Source: Nitrospirota bacterium
GTDB taxonomy: Bacteria; Nitrospirota; UBA9217
Assembly: GCA_029858565.1 (NCBI GenBank)
Contig: JAOUEV010000001.1
Coordinates: forward strand, 1-64,000
DNA: 64,000 nucleotides
Direction: 5' to 3'
In this document: in pieces, positions 40,068 to 48,632 of the stretch
Position numbering within the stretch: position 1 is the stretch's first letter
Layout: the number at the start of each line of letters is the position of its first letter
Notes under the pieces: model-generated
Seen by the model: only the letters and a program-made list of their open reading frames with translations
The model's database searches: none
Told to the model about the DNA's origin: nothing
Program-made: the position numbers and the translations under genes

Positions 40068-40949
40068 ATGCCGCCAACTTGGGTACTCCTCTCACTCTTA
40101 AGCGCTTTCTGTCTTGCCACGAGCGATGCGCTGACCAAACGGGTCATCACGCATGAGAACGAATATATCATCGGCTGGTTCCGGATCCTTTTCGGGATCC
40201 CCGCGCTTTTTGCCGCTCTGATGCTTTCGGGCCCTCTTCCGCTGATCGACGGGCCTTTTCTCTGGTCCTTTGCGGCGGCCCTTCCTCTTGAGATTGCAGC
40301 AATCCTGCTCTATTACAAGGCGCTTCGTCTTTCGCCGCTCAGTCTTTCCTTGCCGTTCCTTTCCTTCACTCCGGTCTTCCTGATCTTGCTGTCCTTTGTC
40401 CTCGTCGGCCAGAGGGTCTCTCCCCTGGGCGCTCTGGGCATCGCCTTGATCGGACTGGGAGGGTACACGCTGAACCTGTCAGCGTTGCGCTCCGGCTTTC
40501 TGGAACCTTTCCGTGCGGTTGCCCGTGAGCGGGGATCGCTCTATATGCTGATCATCGCGCTGATCTACAGCGTCACCTCGGCGCTCGGAAAGATCGGCGT
40601 GGACCATTCATCGCCCGCGTTCTTCGGATTCACCTACTTCCTGGCGCTTGCGGTCTGCATGCTGCCGATCCTTGTTCGTCAGTGCGGCAGAGAACGGCTG
40701 GTTCCCCTTCTGAAGAGCACTACCCGGATAGCGCTGCTGCCCGCGCTGTTCGACGTCATGGCCACGGTGGCCCATTTCTACGCCGTCAGCATGGCCAACG
40801 TGGCCTATATGATCGCGGTCAAGCGGAGCAGCCTGCTGATCGGGACGATCTATGGCTTCGTGTTGTTCCGGGAAATGAATATACGCGAGCGGCTGGTCGG
40901 TGCTGCGCTCATGTTCGCGGGCTTTGTCGTGGTGGTGATCGGGGGGTAA
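40068..40949 (+). CDS. DMT/EamA family transporter
   Basis: About 10 TM; KALRLSPLS, TPVF, VAYMIAVKR. Confidence 0.85.
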   Translation: MPPTWVLLSLLSAFCLATSDALTKRVITHENEYIIGWFRILFGIPALFAALMLSGPLPLIDGPFLWSFAAALPLEIAAILLYYKALRLSPLSLSLPFLSFTPVFLILLSFVLVGQRVSPLGALGIALIGLGGYTLNLSALRSGFLEPFRAVARERGSLYMLIIALIYSVTSALGKIGVDHSSPAFFGFTYFLALAVCMLPILVRQCGRERLVPLLKSTTRIALLPALFDVMATVAHFYAVSMANVAYMIAVKRSSLLIGTIYGFVLFREMNIRERLVGAALMFAGFVVVVIGG

Positions 40950-41250
40950 TCGGGGATTTTCAGCACAATCTCGCTGCTTGCTCTTTTTCTGGCTTATAGG
41001 AGGAGCATCCTCGTGGCAGGTCTATAAGGGTTGACTGGCCGTTCGCAGCACCTCTGCGGTTCCATGAGTTGTTATAACGTGTCCCTGCCCGCTGCACAGT
41101 GAGTCTCAGCCTCTCAATGCTGCTCGTTTCCATCGCCCCTTATTTCTTCCTCCTCAGTGCGCCTCCTTTTTCTGATACAATTACGTTCATAGGTTGCATA
41201 TACCGCTGCATGCAAAAAGCGTCCTGCAACAAAATGAACAGGAGGATACC

Positions 41251-42192
41251 ATGGCAACATCGGCGATATTGCTGGAGGTCGGGACCAACGAGCTCGAGAT
41301 CCTGGAGTTCTACATCGATGAGGAACAGCCGGGCGGCGAGCGCGATCGGGTCTACTTCGGCATGAACGTGGCAAAGGTCATGCAAGTGATCGAGAATCCG
41401 GATATGCCGCCGAGCGACTATTCCCAGAACCCTTCATTCCTGGGCGTCATTCCCCTGCGCGACCATATTCTTCCGGTCATCGACCTGAGCATCTGGCTCG
41501 GTATGCACCGGGCGGCGAGCCCCTTCGACCTGATCATTGCGACCGAGTTCAGTCAGGCCGTGAACGGATTCCTCGTCTCCGGCGTGACGGAGATCCACCG
41601 GGTCGGCTGGGACCAGGTCAAACCGCCGGGCACGTTCCTTTCCCGGTTCGCCGGCGCGTCCATCATCGGCACGGTCGAGCGGCCTGATCATCTGATCCAG
41701 CTTCTGGACATGGAGAGCATCCTGACCGATCTCAATCCCGATGTCATGCGCATGGCCGCATTCAGCCAGGTGCATGCGCGGGAACACTATCCCGTGCTCG
41801 TTGCCGACGATTCCCAGCCCATTCTTGAGATGATCACCAAAAACCTGCGGGCGGCCAATTTCGAGCCCTTCACGGTCTCGAACGGCCAGGCCGCCTGGGA
41901 CGCCATCTGCCGCCTCCGCGACCGCGCAACGGCCGAGGGAGTGGACATCTACGATCTGGTGCGCATCGTGATCTCGGACATCGAGATGCCCATGCTGGAC
42001 GGATTCACGCTGACCAAGCGCATCAAGGACGACCCGGTGCTCGGGAAGATCCCGGTGATTCTCTACTCCTCAATAATTACCCGCGAACTGCACCACAAGG
42101 GGGAGTTTGTGAAGGCGGACGATCAGGTCTCGAAGCCCGAGCTGCAGGAAATGGCCAAGCGGGCCATCGCGCTGATCGAGGCTGCCGCATGA
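41251..42192 (+). CDS. cheV: Chemotaxis protein CheV (CheW-REC)
   Basis: ILLEVGTNELEILEF, FGMNVAKV, ADDS, SDIEMPMLDG, SKP. Confidence 0.92.
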   Translation: MATSAILLEVGTNELEILEFYIDEEQPGGERDRVYFGMNVAKVMQVIENPDMPPSDYSQNPSFLGVIPLRDHILPVIDLSIWLGMHRAASPFDLIIATEFSQAVNGFLVSGVTEIHRVGWDQVKPPGTFLSRFAGASIIGTVERPDHLIQLLDMESILTDLNPDVMRMAAFSQVHAREHYPVLVADDSQPILEMITKNLRAANFEPFTVSNGQAAWDAICRLRDRATAEGVDIYDLVRIVISDIEMPMLDGFTLTKRIKDDPVLGKIPVILYSSIITRELHHKGEFVKADDQVSKPELQEMAKRAIALIEAAA

Positions 42193-42599
42193 GAGGCGTG
42201 ACGAAGATCGACCGGGAGGCGCTTGCGCTGTTCTGCGAGGAATCCGCGGACCGGCTCGCCAGGATATCCGACTCCCTCGACCGACTGGCAGCATCCAGGC
42301 CAATGGATGCCGAACTGCTGCACGCTGTCTTCCGGGACACCCATTCCATGAAAAGCGCGGCGAATCTGCTGGACCTCAAGCCGGTGGAGCGGCTCGCCCA
42401 CAGGCTCGAAGACATCCTGGAGAGCATCCGGAGCGGCGCTGAGCTGCCAGACCGGGAGCTCGTCGGCATCCTGAGCGCCGGGTATGGCCGGATCGCACGG
42501 CTTCTCGAAAACCTCCATCTGCTGCCGCTGATCGACGTGAGCAAGGACCTCGCAGAGATCGATCACCAGATCGCCGCCCGCCGCTCTTCAGGACGATGA
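42189..42599 (+). CDS. Stand-alone Hpt protein (CheA P1-like)
   Basis: LFCEES..L, VFRDTHSMKSAA, LAHRLEDIL. Confidence 0.85.
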   Translation: MRGVTKIDREALALFCEESADRLARISDSLDRLAASRPMDAELLHAVFRDTHSMKSAANLLDLKPVERLAHRLEDILESIRSGAELPDRELVGILSAGYGRIARLLENLHLLPLIDVSKDLAEIDHQIAARRSSGR

Positions 42600-42749
42600 A
42601 AATCGCTCAACCTCAAAAGAGCAGGATCACAAGAGAGGCTACGGGGGCAGGTCCTTCCTGTCAGAGTCGCCCTTTGGTCCTGCTGAAAACATATAGCCCC
42701 GCTGCATCAAGGGCTCGAACATCTTTGGGCAAGGTCTTTGCTGTTGGCA

Positions 42750-43874
42750 TTAATCTTTTGCCATGCCGCAGAGGTTCTTGCCGATTTCCAGTTCCTTGCG
42801 TTTCGCCTCGTCGGGATCGAGCTGTCCCAGGTTCACTTTCCTGATGTCCTGGTAGCGCTGCGGATTTTCCATCAGGCTGGCTTTGATGTGGCCGAGGAAT
42901 GCCGGAAACTCCTTGATTTGGTAGAGGTCGCTATTGGTCCTGGCTTCGTCGAGCGTCATCCGCACGATGCCGTCCTTGTCCTGCTCCTTGAGCGAGAAGG
43001 CGTGGGTCGGAAGGATCACGATGCTTCCCTCCAGCTTGCCGAACCGGGTGAAGAGCGTCTCGAACAGGAGCTTTGCCCAGTCATCAGCCATGCCGCCCAG
43101 GTCCGGTCTGCCGATACTCGCTTTCATGATCGTATCGCCGGTGAAAAGGACCTTGCCGTCCAGCAGGAATGACGTGCTGCCCGGTGTGTGGCCGGGGGAA
43201 TGGATCACGTCGAGGGTGCATTTACCGAAGGTGATCCGTTCGCCGTCCTTGAGCGGCACGAAGGAATAGGCAGCGCCTGCCGCGTCAACCGGATGGATAT
43301 GGTAGGTCGCGCCGGTGCGCCTGGCGATCTCCCTGCCGCCTGATATATGGTCAGCCTGGAGATGGGTGTCGAAGACCTTGGTTATCTTTGCCTTTGCCGC
43401 GACTGCGAGGTCGATGATCTGGTCCGTGTGGCGGACCGCATCAATCACAACGGCCTCTCCTTCGGATACGATCACGTGGGTGATGCATCCCCGCGCGGAG
43501 CGGTAGATCTGGTAGATGGCCGGCCGGTCGCTTACGGTATGAGTCTCGTAAAAGTCGCTCCACGCGTCCATACCGCCCTGCAGGGTGATGGCGTCGTATC
43601 CCTTTGCCCGCAGGAGCTCGGCGGTGTATTTGGAGGAATCGCCGTGAGCGCAAATGGTCACGATCTGGCGGTCCTTGGGAAATTTGGCTAGATGGCTGTC
43701 CTCCTCGCCCACGAACTCCTCCTGGGGGATGTTCAGGGCCTCGACCTCGGTCCTGCCCTCGATCCTCCATCCCGAGAAATCCTCGCGGTTCCGGAGGTCG
43801 AAGATGAATCTGATCTCGCCGGCATCAAGTTTCTTTTTGAACTCCTGTGATGTGACGGTCACTGACTGCTGCAT
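42750..43874 (-). CDS. Rhodanese-MBL-fold fusion (persulfide dioxygenase-like, YrkH/CstB type)
   Basis: Rhodanese DLR..CAHG..LQGGMDAW; THLQADH, PGHTPGS, TGDT, PTH. Confidence 0.85.
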   Translation of the reverse strand: MQQSVTVTSQEFKKKLDAGEIRFIFDLRNREDFSGWRIEGRTEVEALNIPQEEFVGEEDSHLAKFPKDRQIVTICAHGDSSKYTAELLRAKGYDAITLQGGMDAWSDFYETHTVSDRPAIYQIYRSARGCITHVIVSEGEAVVIDAVRHTDQIIDLAVAAKAKITKVFDTHLQADHISGGREIARRTGATYHIHPVDAAGAAYSFVPLKDGERITFGKCTLDVIHSPGHTPGSTSFLLDGKVLFTGDTIMKASIGRPDLGGMADDWAKLLFETLFTRFGKLEGSIVILPTHAFSLKEQDKDGIVRMTLDEARTNSDLYQIKEFPAFLGHIKASLMENPQRYQDIRKVNLGQLDPDEAKRKELEIGKNLCGMAKD

Positions 43875-44196
43875 ATTGCTGCTCCTCTCTTCTGTATCTG
43901 CCTGCTGTGGCTAACAGGACAACAAATATCCTCAATACAATGTACTTATCATTATGCCGCGCACGGGCGGGAATTTCAAGTGGTTTTGGCTGATACCGGG
44001 TGAAATGCGTTCTGACCACGGGTGGGACAAACAGGATTCTACCAGATAGAACCACCGTCAGTGTCGATAAAGCGAATCGCTCGGGAACTGGTCAAGGCGG
44101 ATGGGGTCTCCCGCCTTGTTCGATCAGGACAGCGCCTGGCCAACGCCAGGTACCGTGCAGGGGGAGGAGGGGATAGGCAGAGGGGATAGGCATCAC

Positions 44197-44225
44197 TTGA
44201 CAAAATATGTAACACATGCTACATT
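44197..44225 (+). promoter_or_regulatory. Sigma70 promoter with an overlapping inverted repeat, upstream of the chr cluster
   Basis: TTGACA-17-TACATT; ATGTAACA-CA-TGCTACAT dyad. Confidence 0.65.
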
Positions 44226-44568
44226 TCGAGCAAGAGATACATATAGAGTGCTCCCTGAAACGGCTATTGAACGAAATTCAAGATGTTTTAGCTGATGCGG
44301 CGTTGCTGGAAAGGGGAGCTGCGCTATTGCTCCCGCTCGTGTATGCGGCGTTGAGCGGGATCCATCGAGGAAAACCTGATCGAAGTGGCTTTTGCCGAAG
44401 CCGCGGATTACGACGGTATCCACAAGGCGATCCTGCGCGAGCATCGGGAGGAGCGTGATATCGCCCATTCTGACGATTACGGTCAGGGTGACGATGCGCT
44501 CTGTTTGGTGTGATCAAGCGACGATAGGGCGAGCAACATCGATCGATGCCCGATATCAGGAGCACCGC

Positions 44569-45549
44569 ATGCCTAAAAGAAATAATCAGGAATGGCTTCT
44601 TGTCTTTTACAGCGTGCCAGCCCATCCGGTAAGCGCCAGGATGAAAATATGGAGAAAGCTGGCAAAGGCCGGAGCTGTTCAACTCAAGGGAGCGGTCTAT
44701 CTGCTTCCGGCCAGCGACGAGCATGAGGAGCTTCTTCAGTGGCTCATCGGCGAGGTGCGGTCCATGGGAGGAGACGGCGCATTTGTCCGGACCGCAGAGA
44801 TCAGGACCATGGCTGAAGCGGACATCCGAAGTCTTTTCCTTCAGCAGACCGAGCAGGAAATCTCCAAGCTCGAGAAGGATCTCGTGGTCGTGGAGAGAAA
44901 GGTGCAAAGCTTCAGAAAAGGGACGAAACCAAAAGACGCCGGAAGTGTTGTCACTGCTCTGGGAAAGATCGTCAAGGAGTACGAAGGCATATCCCGCCGT
45001 GACTTCTTTTCCTCCCATTCAGTCGGGGCGCTGAAAAAGCGCCTTCAGGCGGCTGAGTCTGGTCTCAAGAGCGAGGGAGCGGGTTTCCGCGAAGTGACGG
45101 CGCCGATAGCGCTCAGGCGGGTTGAGGACTACCAGCGCCGCATCTGGGCGACCCGGAAGAATCCCTTTGTGGACCGGATGGCATCGGCCTGGCTCATTCA
45201 GCGGTTCATCGATGCGAAGGCAGCGTTCCGGTTCGTTGATGAGAAAGAGGTCCTGCGCCTCGGCCCGGGTATGGTCGCCTTTGATGTCCATGGCGGAGAG
45301 TTCACGCATCACGGAGAACTCTGCACATTTGAAGTGCTGGTGAAGGCCTTCGGGATCAAGGACAAGGCCGTCAGCAGAATCGCGGAGATCGTGCATGATC
45401 TCGATCTGAAGGATGACAAGTACCAGAGGCCGGAGACGACCGGCGTGGAGGACATCCTCGCAGGCATCCGCAGGACGGCGAAAGATGATGCCGACGGCCT
45501 GGAACGGGGCATGGCCGTGTTCGAGATGCTCTACCGATCCAGGTCGTGA
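44569..45549 (+). CDS. chrB: Chromate resistance protein ChrB
   Basis: RMKIWRKLAKAGA, WATRKNPFVDRMASAWLIQRFID, FTHHGELCTFEVL, EIVHDLDLKD. Confidence 0.9.
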   Translation: MPKRNNQEWLLVFYSVPAHPVSARMKIWRKLAKAGAVQLKGAVYLLPASDEHEELLQWLIGEVRSMGGDGAFVRTAEIRTMAEADIRSLFLQQTEQEISKLEKDLVVVERKVQSFRKGTKPKDAGSVVTALGKIVKEYEGISRRDFFSSHSVGALKKRLQAAESGLKSEGAGFREVTAPIALRRVEDYQRRIWATRKNPFVDRMASAWLIQRFIDAKAAFRFVDEKEVLRLGPGMVAFDVHGGEFTHHGELCTFEVLVKAFGIKDKAVSRIAEIVHDLDLKDDKYQRPETTGVEDILAGIRRTAKDDADGLERGMAVFEMLYRSRS

Positions 45550-45550
45550 C

Positions 45551-45784
45551 ATGGCCGACAGAAAGAGAATATCCATGCCAGGTGAACAGATCTCCTTTCG
45601 GGACGCTTTGAAGTACTGGTTCAAGCCCGGTCTCATCGGTTATCCCCGACTCCGGCGGCTACGAATGGTACGCGCTTGTCGCTTCTCTCGCAGTATTCGC
45701 CGGGATGGCGCGATTCAAGTGGGGCATGTACCGGTCATTTTCGGATCAGCGTTTGCCGGATTCCTGTGGAAGATGATCGTTTGA
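45551..45784 (+). pseudogene. chrA: Chromate transporter ChrA remnant (internal deletion and frameshift)
   Basis: N-terminal ISFRDALKYWFKPGLI joined to C-terminal YEWYALVASLAVFAGMARFKWGM / PVIFGSAFAGFLWK in shifted frames. Confidence 0.7.
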
Positions 45785-45817
45785 ACATGCAATTGCAGGA
45801 ACGAAGGAGGATTGAAT

Positions 45818-46102
45818 ATGCCGCCCGTACCAGGACATGTAAAATCGAGTTTGGAAAGAACAGGGAAGGAATATAAGGAGGTTCATGAGTGGCTGGATAT
45901 GGACCCCGAGAACAAGGCCGCCCGACATGACATCACAAAGATACACGAATACGGCACGATGATCGAGCAGAAGTACGGCGTCGAAGCGCGGCAGGAATAT
46001 ATCAGGCATCTTCACGACGATATGAAGGCCAAGTTCAGCCATCTGCAGCATGATTTTGAGAAACAGATAGCCGATACGCTCGATTATTTCGGGGTGAAGT
46101 AA
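45818..46102 (+). CDS. Hypothetical His-rich helical protein
   Basis: RBS AGGAGG; 94 aa; H..EVHEWLD..RHD..HEY..RHLHDD. Confidence 0.7.
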   Translation: MPPVPGHVKSSLERTGKEYKEVHEWLDMDPENKAARHDITKIHEYGTMIEQKYGVEARQEYIRHLHDDMKAKFSHLQHDFEKQIADTLDYFGVK

Positions 46103-46121
46103 CCGGAGGGAGGGCGAGGCA

Positions 46122-46676
46122 ATGGGTTACGCGATAGAGAAGATAGATATCGATGTACTGCGGACAGCAGGGATGTCCGAGGAAGACATTACGCATAGTG
46201 TTCAGGTGGCTGAAAAGGCCCTCGAAATTGCCGGGCGCATCCACAACAACGAGATCGACCAGGAACTGGTGGGGAAGGGCGCGCTCTTTCATGACCTCGG
46301 CAAGGCAAAGACGCATGAGATGGAGCACGGCAAGATCGGGGCGGAGCTTGGCTGCAGGTTGGGGCTGTCCCGGGAAATATGCGACATCATGGAAAAGCAC
46401 ATCCGGGGCGGATTAACAGAGTCTGAGGCCAGGGAGCTGGGTTTACCCGTCAAGGACTACACCCTGAGCCGGCTGGAAGAGCGGATCGTGATCTATGCTG
46501 ACCGGCTGGTTGACATCATCTATGACGGGATAGCAGCGGTCAAGGCAGAGCGGGATGCCGAAGACCGATTTGAAGAGATACTCCGGGCTTATCCGAAATA
46601 CGGCAAGAACGAGGTCACGCTCACGCGGTATCTTGGTTATCACCGCGAGATCCAGGGATTGATGAAGCAAACCTAA
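46122..46676 (+). CDS. HD-domain (HDIG-type) phosphohydrolase
   Basis: THS.QVA, ALFHDLGK, EHGKIG, KHIRGG, YADRL. Confidence 0.85.
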   Translation: MGYAIEKIDIDVLRTAGMSEEDITHSVQVAEKALEIAGRIHNNEIDQELVGKGALFHDLGKAKTHEMEHGKIGAELGCRLGLSREICDIMEKHIRGGLTESEARELGLPVKDYTLSRLEERIVIYADRLVDIIYDGIAAVKAERDAEDRFEEILRAYPKYGKNEVTLTRYLGYHREIQGLMKQT

Positions 46677-46689
46677 AGGAGCGTGCCAC

Positions 46690-46805
46690 ATGAAAAGGAC
46701 GATCACGCGATCAATGCCGCCGAGTGGATCGTGTACGATGCGCTCTATGCCTACTGTCAGGAGATGGTCGCGAAAGGGAAGTCCCATGGCGCATTCGCGG
46801 CGTGA
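46690..46805 (+). pseudogene. Remnant of a small ChrB_C-domain (ChrF-like) gene
   Basis: RBS AAAGGAG and ATG AAA, then out-of-frame DDHAINAAEWIVYDALYAYCQEM...* (46698-46805). Confidence 0.65.
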
Positions 46806-47991
46806 TGTGTTGTTCCTTTTTGCCGCGCGGAGCACGCGGCTCTTTGCCTATGGCGCGATCTCGGTCGTACTCGCCCTCTATCTCCATGCCGCAGGCCTCT
46901 CGGGCGCCGAGATAGGCCTTCTTTTCACGCTGACCCTTGCAGGCGACGCCGGCATCTCGCTGTGGATCACGACCGCTGCGGACCGGATCGGGAGGAGGAA
47001 GATGCTGCTCCTCGGCGCGGGGCTCATGATCGCCGCCGGCATCGCGTTCAGTCTGACCAACAACATCGTTGTGCTGATGATCGCGGGCATCATCGGCGTC
47101 ATAAGCCCGAGCGGGAACGAGATCGGCCCGTTCCTTTCCCTGGAACAGGCGGCCCTTTCACAGCTTCTTCCCGCCGAGAACCGCACCAGGGCCTTCGGAT
47201 GGTACAACCTCGCCGGCTCGCTGGCGACGGCCTGCGGCGCGCTGACAGGGGGAGGCCTGTCCAGCGGTCTGCAGCATGCGGGCCTTTCCGAACTGGCGTC
47301 CTATCGTGCCGTGCTTCAGCTCTATGCGCTGTGCGGATTCGGCCTTGTCGCCCTGTTCCTCATGCTCTCGCCGGAAGTGGAGACCGAGGTCGCGCCGGCG
47401 CAGCAGCGTCTGTTCGGCCTCCACAGGTCAAAAGGGGTAGTTCTGCGTCTTTCCGCCCTGTTCAGCCTTGATGCGTTTGCCGGCGGATTCGTGATCCAAA
47501 GCATGGTCGCCTACTGGTTCCACGTCAAGTTCGGGCTCGACGCGGGCCTTCTGGGAGGGATCTTCTTCGGAGCCAATGTCCTTGCAGGGGTGTCGGCGCT
47601 CCTTGCAGCACGGATCGCGGCGCGGATCGGCCTGATCAACACCATGGTCTTCACCCACATACCGTCGAATGTGCTCTTGTGTCTCGTCCCGTTCATGCCC
47701 GGCCCGGGATGGGCTGTGGCGGTGCTGATGCTTCGCTTCAGCATCTCACAGATGGACGTGCCCACGCGCCAGTCCTACACCATGGCCGTGGTAGCCCCGG
47801 ACGAGCGGTCTGCCGCTTCGGGGATAACGACCATAGCCCGTTCGCTGGGTGCGGCGGTCTCGCCTTCCCTGGCGGGGGTCCTGCTTGCCAGCCCGGCGCT
47901 CCTGGCCGCGCCCTTTCTGGTCGCGGGGGGCCTCAAGATCGTCTATGACCTGCTGTTGTACAAGAGTTTCCGGGATGCAGATATTCGGTGA
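46786..47991 (+). CDS. MFS transporter
   Basis: ADRIGRRKML, SPSGNEIGPF, LDAFAGGF, SQMDVPTRQSY; about 12 TM. Confidence 0.9.
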   Translation: MAHSRRDVLFLFAARSTRLFAYGAISVVLALYLHAAGLSGAEIGLLFTLTLAGDAGISLWITTAADRIGRRKMLLLGAGLMIAAGIAFSLTNNIVVLMIAGIIGVISPSGNEIGPFLSLEQAALSQLLPAENRTRAFGWYNLAGSLATACGALTGGGLSSGLQHAGLSELASYRAVLQLYALCGFGLVALFLMLSPEVETEVAPAQQRLFGLHRSKGVVLRLSALFSLDAFAGGFVIQSMVAYWFHVKFGLDAGLLGGIFFGANVLAGVSALLAARIAARIGLINTMVFTHIPSNVLLCLVPFMPGPGWAVAVLMLRFSISQMDVPTRQSYTMAVVAPDERSAASGITTIARSLGAAVSPSLAGVLLASPALLAAPFLVAGGLKIVYDLLLYKSFRDADIR

Positions 47992-48009
47992 GCCTGCTGA
48001 TGATTCGGT

Positions 48010-48540
48010 TCAGCGTGCGGCAAGGATGCCGTCAATGTCCGCGGCGATCTCTTTCCCGATGCCGGGCCGGAATCCGGGGTAGGTGGTCCTGATGAGGTGG
48101 CTGCGGTCAATAATGACGGTCGCGGGAATGCGTGTGATACCATAGGCCTTGTACGCGCTGCCGTCGTCAATGAGCAGCCGATAGGTCATGCCGTGCTTGC
48201 CGGCGAATGCCTTTACCCGTGCCGTTGCATCGCTTTCCTTGTTCACGCTGATACCGATGACGACGACGCCTTTGTCTTGATACGCGCGATGGAGCGCTTC
48301 AAGCTCCGTCATTGCGTCCTTGCAGGGGCCGCACCAGGTTGCCCAGAAATCGAGCACGATCGCCTTGCCGGAGAAGTCTGTGAGCGCTACGGGGCTGCTC
48401 TCGGTGTCCCTGAGGGAGAATGCCGGTGCCGGATTGCCGGGGATCGCCGGCTGCTGCGACCCTGTCTGGGTGCAGCCGAGCAGGAGGATCAGTGCGGAAA
48501 GGAAAATGGTTCTTCCGGTTGATCTGTATCGAAGGTTCAT
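48010..48540 (-). CDS. TlpA/ResA-family thiol-disulfide oxidoreductase lipoprotein
   Basis: Lipobox LLGC; DFWATWCGPC; cis-Pro IP. Confidence 0.9.
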   Translation of the reverse strand: MNLRYRSTGRTIFLSALILLLGCTQTGSQQPAIPGNPAPAFSLRDTESSPVALTDFSGKAIVLDFWATWCGPCKDAMTELEALHRAYQDKGVVVIGISVNKESDATARVKAFAGKHGMTYRLLIDDGSAYKAYGITRIPATVIIDRSHLIRTTYPGFRPGIGKEIAADIDGILAAR

Positions 48541-48632
48541 GGTTAACCATATACCACGGGGAAAAAAAGACAAGCACATCGACTGCCGCGAATTCAATTG
48601 CATTTCCTTGCATCACTCGGTAGAATTCCCCA

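Noticed and set aside
40990-41130. Possible structured RNA or attC-like site (GTTATAAC) upstream of cheV
   Set aside because: Pairing is weak, there is no matching inverse core at a suitable distance, and no integrase or array is present
44094-44155. GGCGGATGGGGTCTCCCGCC hairpin as a fluoride riboswitch
   Set aside because: Lacks the downstream GCUxAUG and pseudoknot elements and lies upstream of the promoter
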